Positions 10,020 to 20,254 of a DNA stretch of 32,000 nucleotides are shown here, piece by piece; the first letter of the stretch is position 1, and each line of letters starts with the position of its first letter. The notes under the pieces were generated by a model. That model made no database searches, was not told the DNA's origin, and worked only from the letters and a program-made list of their open reading frames with translations. The position numbers and the translations under genes are program-made. Source of the DNA: a cyanobacterium endosymbiont of Braarudosphaera bigelowii (GTDB lineage: Bacteria > Cyanobacteriota > Cyanobacteriia > Cyanobacteriales > Microcystaceae); assembly GCF_020885515.1 (NCBI RefSeq), contig NZ_AP024987.1:1200001-1232000 (forward strand). The letters are read 5' to 3'.

Positions 10020-10832
10020 ATGAATTTGCAAAATGATGCTCTAAAGGCTCTCAAAGAAACTAGTAGAACCTTCTATATACCAATTAGTCGTCTTCCTGAT
10101 AATTTGCGTGAAGCTGTTGCTTCAGCTTATCTCTGTATGCGTGCTATCGATGAAATTGAAGATCATCCCGACATTGAAAACTTCATCAAAGCTAAGATTT
10201 TGCGACAAATGAGTCTTAATTTGCAAGCTGTAAATGAAAAATCAGGAGTTAAAGATTTTTCAGCAGATTTGGCACCTTATGGCACTGTCTTACCAGATGT
10301 TAGCTTACAGTTAGGGAAATGGGCCTTACTAGCTCCTAACACTATTGCACCTCGAATTTGGGATGCAACGGCAGCAATGGCTGATAGGATGGCTTATTGG
10401 ACAGAAAATAATTGGACGATTCGTACGGAAGCTCACTTAGATCAATACACTTTTAGTGTAGCTGGTGCAGTAGGAATATTGCTATCAGATTTGTGGTCAT
10501 GGCACGACGGCACTCAAACAAATCGTCAACATGCTATTGGTTTTGGTAGAGGGTTACAAGCTGTTAATATTATTCGCAATCATCGAGAAGATTTAAATCG
10601 TGGAGTAAGCTTCATTCCTCAAGGTTGGCACATAAAGGATGTATACAAATATGCTCGCTATAATCTTACCTTAGCAGATCTCTATACTAAATCCCTTAGT
10701 TCAGGACCTGCGTTAGATTTTTGTAAAATTCCTTTGGCTCTGGCTCATGGGACATTAGATGTAATGGCCTTAGGAAAAGATAAACTTAGTCGTAGTGATG
10801 TAATGGCTTTAGTACAGCAAGCAACACACTAA
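10020..10832 (+). CDS. Squalene/phytoene synthase family protein (short squalene-synthase-like form)
   Basis: 270 aa. It aligns by eye along its length to squalene synthase: 'SRTFYIPISRL..REAVASAYLCMRAIDEIED' versus SQS 'SRSFAAVIQAL..RNAVCIFYLVLRALDTLED', 'YTFSVAGAVGILLS', 'GLQAVNIIRNHRED', 'FCKIPLALAHGTL'. GAGGAG lies 12 nt upstream of the ATG. Confidence 0.7.
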   Translation: MNLQNDALKALKETSRTFYIPISRLPDNLREAVASAYLCMRAIDEIEDHPDIENFIKAKILRQMSLNLQAVNEKSGVKDFSADLAPYGTVLPDVSLQLGKWALLAPNTIAPRIWDATAAMADRMAYWTENNWTIRTEAHLDQYTFSVAGAVGILLSDLWSWHDGTQTNRQHAIGFGRGLQAVNIIRNHREDLNRGVSFIPQGWHIKDVYKYARYNLTLADLYTKSLSSGPALDFCKIPLALAHGTLDVMALGKDKLSRSDVMALVQQATH

Positions 10833-11218
10833 ATTTTAAATAAATAGAATGTTAGCCCAATTATCATATTAAATTTCTTTTTGAAGAAATCATTCTTTAT
10901 GCTAATCAGTAATCTTATTAATTTGTCTTATTTAACTAATATTACTTAAGTACATTTTAGATTTCTTAATTAAAAAAATATGAAAATATGAAATTTATTA
11001 AGTAGCTTCAAACAAATTTACTTATTTTGTTTAATTATTGAAAAATAGTTATATTGAAAGCTAGTGATTTTTTAACTATTTTAGGCTAAAGTTCGTTTTT
11101 ATTCGGTTTTTATTAATCTTAAATCCTACCTTTTTTAATTCAAGATTTGTTAGGATAGTAGGCTAAGGCACATTCAAGTAGTATTTAATACTATTTTTCC
11201 TAATTATTTAAAGTTATC

Positions 11219-11247
11219 AAGGAAGTGGGTCATTACCCCACTTCCTT
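11219..11247 (+). promoter_or_regulatory. Terminator-like hairpin in the rimP-nusA-infB leader (candidate attenuator)
   Basis: An 11-bp stem, 'aaggaagtggg' (11219-11229) with 'cccacttcctt' (11237-11247), and a 7-nt loop. It is followed by the interrupted T tract 'tattgtctgatatttttt' and ends 24 nt before the rimP ATG. Confidence 0.4.
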
Positions 11248-11270
11248 TATTGTCTGATATTTTTTAAGTA

Positions 11271-11726
11271 ATGACTCATTTATTAATTCCACAAATTATT
11301 AGTTTAACAACTCCCATTATCAAAGAAATGGGAATAGATATAGTGAATGTATTTTTTCAAACCAATAAGCGTCCTTCTATTTTACGATTTGATATTTCTA
11401 ATCCTACTAAAAATATCAGTTTGAAGGATTGTGAAGAAGTAAGCCGATCTCTAGAGTCTATTTTAGATGAGACTGCTATTATTCCATATGCTTATATTTT
11501 AGAAGTTTCAAGTCCTGGCATATCTCAAACTCTAAATACTAAACGAGATTTTCTCACATTCCAAGGATTTGATATTAGTATTACAACTGATCCTCCCTAT
11601 TTAAATAAAAAAGAATGGCGAGGAAAACTTCAAAAACGAGATTCTGAAATTATTTATCTTAACTGTAAAGGTAGAATAGTTTCTATTCCACGTTTTTTAG
11701 TAGTTCAAGTCCAATTAGCAGACTGA
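11271..11726 (+). CDS. rimP: Ribosome maturation factor RimP
   Basis: 151 aa with 'YILEVSSPGISQTLNTKRDFLTFQG', typical of RimP. It occupies the conserved position upstream of nusA. Confidence 0.85.
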   Translation: MTHLLIPQIISLTTPIIKEMGIDIVNVFFQTNKRPSILRFDISNPTKNISLKDCEEVSRSLESILDETAIIPYAYILEVSSPGISQTLNTKRDFLTFQGFDISITTDPPYLNKKEWRGKLQKRDSEIIYLNCKGRIVSIPRFLVVQVQLAD

Positions 11727-11770
11727 TACACACTAGATTTATATAATTTATATATTTAGGAGATTTTTCT

Positions 11771-12922
11771 ATGTCCCTGGTTAGTTTACCTGGATTAATT
11801 AATATGATTGGAGAAATTAGTCAACGTCATAATTTACCCAAATCTGCTGTTCAAGAAGCCTTAAGAGAAGCTCTTTTAAAAGGCTATGAACGTTTCCGGC
11901 GTTCTCAAAATTTAGACCGTCAACCTTTTTATGATGAATATTTTGACAATTTTGAGGTTGAATTAGATACAGAAGAGGAAGGATTTAGAATTTTATCCAC
12001 AAAGAAAATTATGGAGAATGTGGAAAATATTGATCATCATATTTCTCTTCAGGAAGTACAAGAAGTAGCTTCTGAAGCTCAACTGGGTGATGAAGTCGTA
12101 TTAGATGTTACACCTGAGCAAAAAGATTTTGGTAGAATGGCTGCTATTCAGACTAAGCAAGTACTTTTACAGAAATTGCGGGATCAGCAAAGAAAACTCA
12201 TCCAAGAAGAATTTCAAGAATTAGAAGGTACAGTTCTTAGTGCAAGAGTTTTACGCTTTGAGCGTCAAGATATTATCGTTGCCGTTCAGAGCACTTTTGG
12301 TCAGCCTGAGGTGGAAGCAATTATCCCTAAACGAGAACAACTACCAAATGATAATTATCGAGCTAATTCATCTTTTAAAGTATTACTGAAAAAGGTGAGG
12401 GAAGGATCTCATCGTGGTCCACAACTTTTAGTATCACGTGCAGCAGCAGGATTAGTAGTAGATATGTTCTCTGTAGAAGTTCCTGAAATTGAAGAAGATA
12501 TAGTAAGGATTGTTGCTGTTTCTAGAGAAGCTAATCCTCCTTCCCGTTATGTGGGTCCTAGAACTAAAATTGCTGTTGATACTTTAGAGAGAGACGTTGA
12601 TCCTGTAGGAGCCTGTATTGGTGCACGAGGTTCTAGAATCCAAGCAGTCGTTAATGAACTAAGAGGAGAAAAGATAGATGTTATTCGCTGGTCTCCTGAT
12701 CCAGCTACCTACATAGCTAATGCTCTTAGTCCTGCTCGTGTGGATGAAGTCATATTGATTAGCCCTGATGAGCGACATGCCCTAATATTAGTTGCAGAGG
12801 ATCAGCTTAGTCTAGCTATTGGCAAAGAAGGGCAAAATGTTAGATTAGCAGCACGATTAACAGGATGGAAAATTGATATTAAAAATACTATTGCTTATAG
12901 AGAGGAATTAGAAAGCCAATAA
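11771..12922 (+). CDS. nusA: Transcription termination/antitermination factor NusA
   Basis: 383 aa with an N-terminal NusA domain, an S1 region ('GTVLSARVLRFERQDIIVAV') and KH repeats ('DPVGACIGARGSRIQAVVNELRGEKIDVI', 'LSLAIGKEGQNVRLAARLTGWKIDI'). Confidence 0.95.
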   Translation: MSLVSLPGLINMIGEISQRHNLPKSAVQEALREALLKGYERFRRSQNLDRQPFYDEYFDNFEVELDTEEEGFRILSTKKIMENVENIDHHISLQEVQEVASEAQLGDEVVLDVTPEQKDFGRMAAIQTKQVLLQKLRDQQRKLIQEEFQELEGTVLSARVLRFERQDIIVAVQSTFGQPEVEAIIPKREQLPNDNYRANSSFKVLLKKVREGSHRGPQLLVSRAAAGLVVDMFSVEVPEIEEDIVRIVAVSREANPPSRYVGPRTKIAVDTLERDVDPVGACIGARGSRIQAVVNELRGEKIDVIRWSPDPATYIANALSPARVDEVILISPDERHALILVAEDQLSLAIGKEGQNVRLAARLTGWKIDIKNTIAYREELESQ

Positions 12923-12979
12923 TTTGAAAATTAATTCTATTTAAGATATGTCTTTCGCAATAGACCAATCTAAATCATA

Positions 12980-13237
12980 ATGAAAGCAAATTATCGACGC
13001 TGTGTTAGCTGCCGTTGTACTAATCATAAGAAGACATTTTGGAGAATAGTAAAAGTCTATTTATCCCAAAAGGTACAATTAGATAAGGGAATAGGAAGGT
13101 CAGCCTATTTATGTCCCAATGAAACTTGTTTAGCTATTGCTAGTCAAAAAAATCGTCTGGGACGAGGACTAAGAACTTCAATTCCTCAAGACATCTATAA
13201 GAAGTTATGGAAACGTTTAGAGAGTGAAAGTGCTTAG
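12980..13237 (+). CDS. ylxR: YlxR/DUF448 family RNA-binding protein
   Basis: 85 aa with 'RRCVSCR' and 'GRSAYLCPNETC', both characteristic of YlxR. It has the conserved placement between nusA and infB. Confidence 0.85.
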   Translation: MKANYRRCVSCRCTNHKKTFWRIVKVYLSQKVQLDKGIGRSAYLCPNETCLAIASQKNRLGRGLRTSIPQDIYKKLWKRLESESA

Positions 13238-13459
13238 AAAAGTCTATTTCAGATTATCTATTAGTTTCATAAATTCGAATATAATTTTCTTAAAAATTTG
13301 GATACAAAAAATAGTATTCTCATAGATATAGAAGAGAAAATTGTTTTCATAATCATGATTATAAAACTTTACTCATATAGTTTTACAAAGAGCTTTTTCG
13401 TCAATTTTGTCGAGAAACTCAGCATTTACAATAGCCAAACTTAGTTAGGGGGATAGTGG

Positions 13460-16438
13460 ATGAACAACGTACATAAAGTGAGAATTTACGATTTATCAAA
13501 AGAATTAAATCTAGAAAACAAAGAGATTCTAGAAATTTGTGCTCAACTTAATATTGCCGTAAAAAGTCATAGTAGTACAATTACAGAATCACAGGTTGAG
13601 CGTATTAAAGTAATGGCAGAAAAATACATTACAAAACAAGGAACAGCTCAAGTAAATGACATCACTATATCGGGTGAGAAAAAACAGCAAATTTTAGCTA
13701 TTCACCATAAACAAATTCACTCTTCTTCTACTGAAGGTGAATCTGATGATCAATCAAATTATTTAGAGACTTCACAAACTGCTATTTCACCGCAGTCACC
13801 AACAGCCCCGAAACCGCCTCAAAGACCAATTCCACCAACATCGACTAAATCACCAAAAATTGATCGAGGTAACCTATCCAAACCCTCGATTTCAACAGAA
13901 AAATCTAAACCAGAAATTATAGATCCTGATTTATTAGAACCTCCCAGTTTAGAAAAATCTTCTAAAGAAAATTTTGAAAAGCCTACTAATAAACCAAGTA
14001 GAGAAAAACCATCTTTAGAAGGGAAAAATAAAATTAAACTTCCAAAAAGAGTTTCTAAAAGTATCTCTCTTAAATCAAAAGAAAAATCAGAAATAGTAGA
14101 TAGCACAACTGAACTTCAACCCAAAAAAAATCTAAAAAAACCTAGCATTGGAAAGCCAGATCTGAAAAAGCCTTCTTCTCATCCAGCAGAAGAGAAAAAA
14201 CATACTGTAACTTTTTCTACTCTTGACCCCTCTTCAATAATTGAAGAAGAAGACGAAGAAAATGATGAAAATGATGAAATCCTTGATATTGAGCTTAAGC
14301 CAAAGCCTCAATTAAAAAGACCTGCACCACCACGAATTTCTAAGAAAAAAGCTTGGGAAGAAGAAGAGGAAGAGGGAAATAAGGCAAAAGCGAACAAGGT
14401 AGGTACTAAAGCAAAACGCCGTTTTCAAACGATCGAAGACGATGATGATGATTTTGAATCAGAATCAGACCTTAATACTGTTTCTTTAAGCTTAAGCCTC
14501 TCTACAGCACGTCCTCCAAAACCAAAGTCTGATCTTCAAATGGCTGAAGTAGTTCATAAGCCTAAAAAGCCAACTTTAAAAACAATTGGCTCAGGAACTG
14601 AACGTAATCGTTCTGAACGTAAAGAGCGTCAAGAAGCTCCTGGACAACCAGAAAAAATAATTCTTGAAAAGAATCTTACAGTTAGAGAATTATCAGAACG
14701 CTTACATATATCAGAAACAGAGATTATTAAACTTCTATTTACTAAAGGAATTGCGGTGAATATCACTCAAACTTTAGATCAAGAAACAGCTAAAATGGTT
14801 ACAGAATCGTTTGGAGTTATTGTAGAAATTCCAGATGAGAAATCTGCAGCTATTAAAAGTATAGAAATGCTCGATGAAACGGACCTTGATAAGCTTCATC
14901 GCCGTCCTCCTGTAGTTACAATAATGGGCCATGTAGATCACGGTAAAACAACACTGCTTGACTCTATTAGACAAACGAAAGTAGCTCAAGGAGAAGCGGG
15001 TGGTATTACACAACATATTGGTGCTTATCATGTAGATATTGAGCATGACAATAAAAAACAACAACTAGTATTTTTAGATACACCTGGACATGAGGCTTTT
15101 ACAGCGATGAGAGCTAGAGGAGCCAGAATAACAGATATAGCTATCCTTGTGGTAGCAGCCGACGATGGTGTACAACCTCAAACTAGAGAAGCTATTAGCC
15201 ATGCAAAAGCAGCTGAGGTCCCAATTGTTGTAGCTATAAATAAAGTTGACAAATTAGAATCAAATCCGGATCGTATCAAACAAGAGCTATCAGACTTAGG
15301 TCTTGTACCAGAAGAATGGGGCGGAGATACTATAATGGTTCCAGTAAGTGCTCTTAAGGGAGATAACCTTGATCAGTTACTAGAAATGTTGGTCTTAGTA
15401 TCTGAAATTGAAGAGTTATCAGCCAATCCTAACCGTTTAGCAAAAGGAACAGTAATTGAAGCTAATTTGGATAAAAATAGAGGCCCAGTAGCAACATTAC
15501 TAATACAAAACGGTACCCTACGGGTAGGAGATCCTCTTGTTGTTGGTCCTGTATTTGGAAAAATACGCGCGATGATAGATGATCGAGGAAATAAAGTAAA
15601 AGAAGCTTCTCCTTCTTTTGCAGTTGAAATTCTTGGATTAAGTAGTGTCCCAGCTGCAGGAGATGACTTTGATATCTATTCAAGCGAAAAAGAAGCACGA
15701 GCTGTGGCTAATAAAAATGCACAAGAAAATCGTAAAACGAGATTACAACAAGCTCTATCTTCACGTCGTGTTACTTTAAGTACGTTATCAGCTAAGGCTC
15801 AAGATGGAGAGCTTAAAGAATTAAATCTCATTCTTAAAGCTGATGTTCAGGGATCCATTGAAGCAATTTTAGGTTCTTTAGAACAGTTGCCTCAAACTGA
15901 AGTACAAATACGTGTTTTATTAGCTGCTCCAGGAGAAGTCACAGAAACAGATGTGGATCTTGCTGCTGCAAGTGGTGCAGTTATTATTGGCTTTAACACT
16001 AATTTAGCCAATGGTGCTAGATCTGCTGCAGATAAAGAAGAAGTAGATATTAGAGAATACGATATTATTTATAAACTTCTAGATGATATTCAAGGAGCTA
16101 TGGAAGGTCTTCTTGAACCTGAAGAGATAGAATCTCCTTTAGGACAGGCTGAAGTCCGGGCTGTTTTTCCGGTAGGAAGAGGAGCTGTTGCAGGTTGCTA
16201 TGTGTTATCTGGCAAAGTTGTTCGTAACCGCTTTATACGTGTTATCCGGGATGGTAATACGATTTACCAAGGAACACTAGATTCCTTAAAAAGAATGAAA
16301 GAAGATATGAGAGAAGTAAATTCTGGTTATGAATGTGGTATTGGTATTGATAAGTTTAATAACTGGAAAGAAGGTGACACGATTGAAGCCTTTGAGATGA
16401 TTATGAAACGTCGTACTTTAATCGGAAGATCCACATAA
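13460..16438 (+). CDS. infB: Translation initiation factor IF-2
   Basis: 992 aa. The G domain has '[12 protein letters not shown]', 'DTPGHEAF' and 'NKVD'. A long K/E/P/S-rich variable N-terminal region is typical of cyanobacterial IF-2. A purine-rich AGGGGGA (13446-13452) lies 7 nt upstream of the ATG. Confidence 0.97.
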   Translation: MNNVHKVRIYDLSKELNLENKEILEICAQLNIAVKSHSSTITESQVERIKVMAEKYITKQGTAQVNDITISGEKKQQILAIHHKQIHSSSTEGESDDQSNYLETSQTAISPQSPTAPKPPQRPIPPTSTKSPKIDRGNLSKPSISTEKSKPEIIDPDLLEPPSLEKSSKENFEKPTNKPSREKPSLEGKNKIKLPKRVSKSISLKSKEKSEIVDSTTELQPKKNLKKPSIGKPDLKKPSSHPAEEKKHTVTFSTLDPSSIIEEEDEENDENDEILDIELKPKPQLKRPAPPRISKKKAWEEEEEEGNKAKANKVGTKAKRRFQTIEDDDDDFESESDLNTVSLSLSLSTARPPKPKSDLQMAEVVHKPKKPTLKTIGSGTERNRSERKERQEAPGQPEKIILEKNLTVRELSERLHISETEIIKLLFTKGIAVNITQTLDQETAKMVTESFGVIVEIPDEKSAAIKSIEMLDETDLDKLHRRPPVVTIMGHVDHGKTTLLDSIRQTKVAQGEAGGITQHIGAYHVDIEHDNKKQQLVFLDTPGHEAFTAMRARGARITDIAILVVAADDGVQPQTREAISHAKAAEVPIVVAINKVDKLESNPDRIKQELSDLGLVPEEWGGDTIMVPVSALKGDNLDQLLEMLVLVSEIEELSANPNRLAKGTVIEANLDKNRGPVATLLIQNGTLRVGDPLVVGPVFGKIRAMIDDRGNKVKEASPSFAVEILGLSSVPAAGDDFDIYSSEKEARAVANKNAQENRKTRLQQALSSRRVTLSTLSAKAQDGELKELNLILKADVQGSIEAILGSLEQLPQTEVQIRVLLAAPGEVTETDVDLAAASGAVIIGFNTNLANGARSAADKEEVDIREYDIIYKLLDDIQGAMEGLLEPEEIESPLGQAEVRAVFPVGRGAVAGCYVLSGKVVRNRFIRVIRDGNTIYQGTLDSLKRMKEDMREVNSGYECGIGIDKFNNWKEGDTIEAFEMIMKRRTLIGRST

Positions 16439-16439
16439 A

Positions 16440-16489
16440 TTCTAATTAAAAACGCAACTTAGAACTTTAAGTTGCGTTTTTAATTAGAA
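16440..16489. terminator. Perfect 21-bp inverted repeat between convergent infB and the glycosyltransferase gene; bidirectional terminator
   Basis: Left arm 16440-16460 'ttctaattaaaaacgcaactt' is the exact reverse complement of right arm 16469-16489, with an 8-nt loop. It starts 2 nt after the infB stop. Confidence 0.65.
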
Positions 16490-16562
16490 AACTAACTTGT
16501 AATAATAGACTTGATCTCATCAAGTTTCACTGACAAAACAATAAATTATCAATTATATTGTT

Positions 16563-19556
16563 TTATTTATTAATTTGAGTAAACCATAAAGATGAATGTT
16601 GCTCATGACGATTATCATTAAATATAATATAAGTTGGTTCTAATCCTAAACTTAAATCTTTATTCCATGAAGCTCTATGTTCTTTTTGGATTTGAGAAGC
16701 AACTTTACGAATCTCTAATATTTTTTTGAGAGGAGACCACTGAGATAGTTTAGAAATACAATCCAATGAACGATAAGACCTTATTAAGGTTTCAATCCCA
16801 TTAAAATATTTTAAAACCTTTGACTGGGGATAAATTTCTTTCAAATAAAGACATAAATTATAAGCATATTCTAAATCTGTACTTGTATGTGTACAATAAG
16901 ATTTTCGGTAACATAAGCACAAATAAATTAGATTTTCTACCTCCTCCATACTTCTATTTGCAAAAGCATAACGAATTCCTCCGAGAGTACGATGAATATA
17001 CCAAGCTCTCATATCCTCGATTTCGATAGCTGGACTTTGTGTTGTCCTTTCATCAGGGTAATTCCAAAATACTCCTAAAGTACAATCTACAATCTTGCTT
17101 TTTATAAATGGAAGAATACGACTTTTAAATTCAGTATCACCAGCTCCTCTAAAGCTACTGTCGTAATAACCAAATCTTTTATGTATAGAACGACGATATA
17201 GAGCACCTACCCATGACAAGTAACAAGTTTCCAAATAAACTAAATCTTGTCTATATTCTTTCCGATAATACGGCATAATATCACTTACCCAGCCACCATT
17301 ACTATCGACTTCGGTAACAAGACTATGTCCAGTAACCCAATCTAAATCTGGAGCTTTATCTAATTCGTGAGCGAGAATTTCTAGACAATTAGGAAGAATT
17401 GTTTCATCTACTCCTAAAAAAGATAAAAAGTCTGCTTTAGACAAATCAATTCCTCTATTCCAAGCCATTTGTATGGTTTCTCTCTCTTTAGACCTTGCAT
17501 AAACAACAGGAATATCTAAGTCATCAACTATTTGCTTAAAGACTGTGTATTCATCTCCTGGGGAACCACTATCTATCAGGATTATTTCTGCTTCTTTTTT
17601 TTGAATAAGAGTTTGATGTTTTAAAGTTTTTAAAAAGAAAACCAGTTTAGAGGATGCATTATAAAGAGAAACTATAATACTGACACGATAAGTCGATTTA
17701 TGACGTCGATCATCTAGAAATTCATAATTCCATTTATTGTTTAAGGAATTGCTTAATCGATTTTGCTCTAATAATTGATAACATTTATCTTCTTTATCTT
17801 CTGAAGTACTATACATTGCCTCTATTACATCGGATTCCTTCGTAAAACCTTTATTTTTTAAAACTCTTACTATGGAGGGAAGATCATCAAATAAATCTTT
17901 GTTTAGTAAACGTATGCTTCTTAATTTATAAGTAACTGCAACCAGTTCATTCCCTCTCAAATCTTCGATTCTAGCAATTCCTTTCCATAGGCGAGCCCTG
18001 TCGATACGATATCCATTACCTAATCGGCTCCGTATACCTTCACTTTCGTAATCAACGTTTGAACCTAATTTCCAGCATTCTTGAATTTTTTTATCAAGAT
18101 CCTTCTGAGTCAATTCTAAAGTATTAAAAATATGCTTATATCGTCTAACTAGCTTCGGAGCTTTTAAGACTTGGGCATTATGAGCTTTACTTAGCGGAAC
18201 TTTGATAAGCTCCTTATTTCTTCTAACTTCATTCTTAATTTGTTGATAGATTGGCTTTACATTAGATCTAATTTTAGATTTTAATAATCTAAGACCTGGT
18301 ATTTTATCTAGGCTGCTTAATTGACCAGACTCCCAATAGCTTATTAATTGTGAGTACCAGCGATTTAAATCTTCGCAAATTTCAGAATTCGAAGTTGGAG
18401 AAGAGCTGTAAATTTCCTTCAATAAAGGATCGCTACTTGTAAAATTTGAGTCACGAATTCCAGCAATTAACTTATTTCTATAATCATCATAATTATTTAA
18501 TAAATTAATAATTTCTGGTAGAGAATCATAAATGTTATTAATATCAATCTTAATAAATGGAATTTTTGGAAAATTATCTTCTAGAAAACGACATACTCCT
18601 GCACCGTTTCCGATAATAGTAGGACATCCTGAAAAAAGTGACTCTAAAGCTACTAAATTTAAAGTATCGTATCTAGAAGGAACAAAAGTAATTGATTTAC
18701 TATTAAATAACTTCACTAGATCTAAATGCGACATTGATGAACATATTTTTAGATCTTTCCCTCTATTTTCAATCATCTTTTCTAAATAATCTTCAGATGA
18801 TTGAGTTCCATTATAGTTATAACTATGAGGACCTATTATAGAAGCATTACTATATTTGTCTCGTGGTATCCACCAAATTAAATCTACAAATATATCAGGT
18901 CCTTTTCGTTTTTCTGTTCTACCAATAAAATTTAGACTAGGTAAAGATTTTGAAGTAGAGTCTAGCCTAACCTCAGGTAAATCCATAAAATGCAATGGAT
19001 TATAATAATAAGTTTTTAAACTATCAACTTTCTTCCATTCATCTAAATAACTTTTACTAATTCCATAACGAATATCCACAGTTTGATATTGCATTTTTTC
19101 TTGTAAAGAAAGTGGAATATTTTCTTTACCCTCGAACCAATCTAACTGTAATGTTTTAGATATTATGCCGTGCATCGAAAGTGCAATTAACCCGCAATTT
19201 ACATGAAAATAATTTAAAGCAGGACGTAAAAACATTCCCCACTGCTCATAATCAGGTACATCAACCACATCAAAGTTCATATTTGTACAAGAAGCTGCTA
19301 TGTTACTGGCTTGAACAAAAGCTGACTGTACCCATTTAGGTGGTGTCGTCTCAAAAAAATTTTTGAAATCTTCAGAATTAAATACTTCTTGATAAGGTAT
19401 TTTATGGGAATTATCAAGATGAGAAGTATTTAAAAATTCATTTTTAGCAATGTAATAAAAATCTATTTGAGGATTCTTTTTGATAAGACTACGATAAAAA
19501 GTTTGCCCGCCTCCCATCTTCTGAAATAAATCAAAGTCAGCAATAAGAACTTTCAT
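16563..19556 (-). CDS. Large two-domain glycosyltransferase (N-terminal GT-B/GT4-like domain plus C-terminal GT-A/GT2-like domain)
   Basis: 997-aa uninterrupted ORF.
- aa 1-375 are GT-B-like: 'MKVLIADFD..GGGQTF', 'FIGRTEKRKGPDIF', 'LVALESLFSGCPTIIGNGAG'.
- aa ~623-835 are GT2-like: 'RVSIIVSLYNASSKLVFFLKTLKHQT', 'EIILIDSGSPGDE', DxD-like 'FLGVDE', 'GAGDTEF'.
- The ~245-aa basic linker and the ~160-aa C-terminal region are not recognised. Confidence 0.8.
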   Translation of the reverse strand: MKVLIADFDLFQKMGGGQTFYRSLIKKNPQIDFYYIAKNEFLNTSHLDNSHKIPYQEVFNSEDFKNFFETTPPKWVQSAFVQASNIAASCTNMNFDVVDVPDYEQWGMFLRPALNYFHVNCGLIALSMHGIISKTLQLDWFEGKENIPLSLQEKMQYQTVDIRYGISKSYLDEWKKVDSLKTYYYNPLHFMDLPEVRLDSTSKSLPSLNFIGRTEKRKGPDIFVDLIWWIPRDKYSNASIIGPHSYNYNGTQSSEDYLEKMIENRGKDLKICSSMSHLDLVKLFNSKSITFVPSRYDTLNLVALESLFSGCPTIIGNGAGVCRFLEDNFPKIPFIKIDINNIYDSLPEIINLLNNYDDYRNKLIAGIRDSNFTSSDPLLKEIYSSSPTSNSEICEDLNRWYSQLISYWESGQLSSLDKIPGLRLLKSKIRSNVKPIYQQIKNEVRRNKELIKVPLSKAHNAQVLKAPKLVRRYKHIFNTLELTQKDLDKKIQECWKLGSNVDYESEGIRSRLGNGYRIDRARLWKGIARIEDLRGNELVAVTYKLRSIRLLNKDLFDDLPSIVRVLKNKGFTKESDVIEAMYSTSEDKEDKCYQLLEQNRLSNSLNNKWNYEFLDDRRHKSTYRVSIIVSLYNASSKLVFFLKTLKHQTLIQKKEAEIILIDSGSPGDEYTVFKQIVDDLDIPVVYARSKERETIQMAWNRGIDLSKADFLSFLGVDETILPNCLEILAHELDKAPDLDWVTGHSLVTEVDSNGGWVSDIMPYYRKEYRQDLVYLETCYLSWVGALYRRSIHKRFGYYDSSFRGAGDTEFKSRILPFIKSKIVDCTLGVFWNYPDERTTQSPAIEIEDMRAWYIHRTLGGIRYAFANRSMEEVENLIYLCLCYRKSYCTHTSTDLEYAYNLCLYLKEIYPQSKVLKYFNGIETLIRSYRSLDCISKLSQWSPLKKILEIRKVASQIQKEHRASWNKDLSLGLEPTYIIFNDNRHEQHSSLWFTQINK

Positions 19557-20254
19557 ATAATTAATATTTATATTTGAATAATCGATTAATTTTAAATGTT
19601 TTTGAAAACTGTAGCCAAATAATTAGCAAAGTTAAAAATAGTATATTAGTTTAACTGTTATAAAAAAAATAATGAATTGTAAAATGTTGTAAGTTATTCA
19701 TAAATGTTAAATACAAAAAGAAATATAGTTAATTTATCAATAAAAATTTTCTAAAATTTAGTCAACTAGAGAAAAATTAATCTAAATAAATTATGTATAT
19801 GTATCACTAATATAACAATATTCAAAAAAATATATCGCTACAAACCGTTTTATAAAAGATAATTTCTTTTATAGATACGATTTACAGTATGTATTGTTTA
19901 ATTTATGATTATTACATATATGCTAATAAATACTATCAATACCGGTTTTATTTATTATTTACTAGACTAAATTATACATATACAAAAAATTAAACTTCAA
20001 TGATACTTATAATATTTGTACGTTATTTTTAATAAGCACAACTTTTTGATTTTGTATCGTACTATATAGTTATTATCTAGTTTTTAAATACTTGAATTAA
20101 TAAAAAGTGTCTCAGTATTTCTTTTAAAAAAATTTATAATGCTACGAATATAAGATTTTATTAATAAATATATGAGTATTATTGTTCTGATGTGATCAAT
20201 ACCTTTTGTTTTTTATCTTACAATGTTTTTATACTATTTACATACTCATAAAAA

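Noticed and set aside
10873-10890. Weak AT-only hairpins after co-directional genes (10873-10890, 22868-22886, 31178-31198) as terminators
   Set aside because: The stems are 7-8 bp with at most one G:C pair and lack convincing U tracts. They cannot be told apart from chance palindromes in AT-rich DNA.
13730-14560. K/E/P/S-rich repetitive stretch, acidic runs and 'SLSLSLS' in infB, considered as an insertion or tandem repeat element
   Set aside because: A long, low-complexity, poorly conserved N-terminal region is normal for bacterial and cyanobacterial IF-2. The frame is intact.
13819-15698. Three 78-96-aa minus-strand ORFs inside infB
   Set aside because: They are antisense shadows of infB with low-complexity or nonsense-like sequence.
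16820-18789. Two plus-strand ORFs (69 and 85 aa) inside the glycosyltransferase gene
   Set aside because: They lie antisense to a 997-aa uninterrupted ORF with clear GT motifs.
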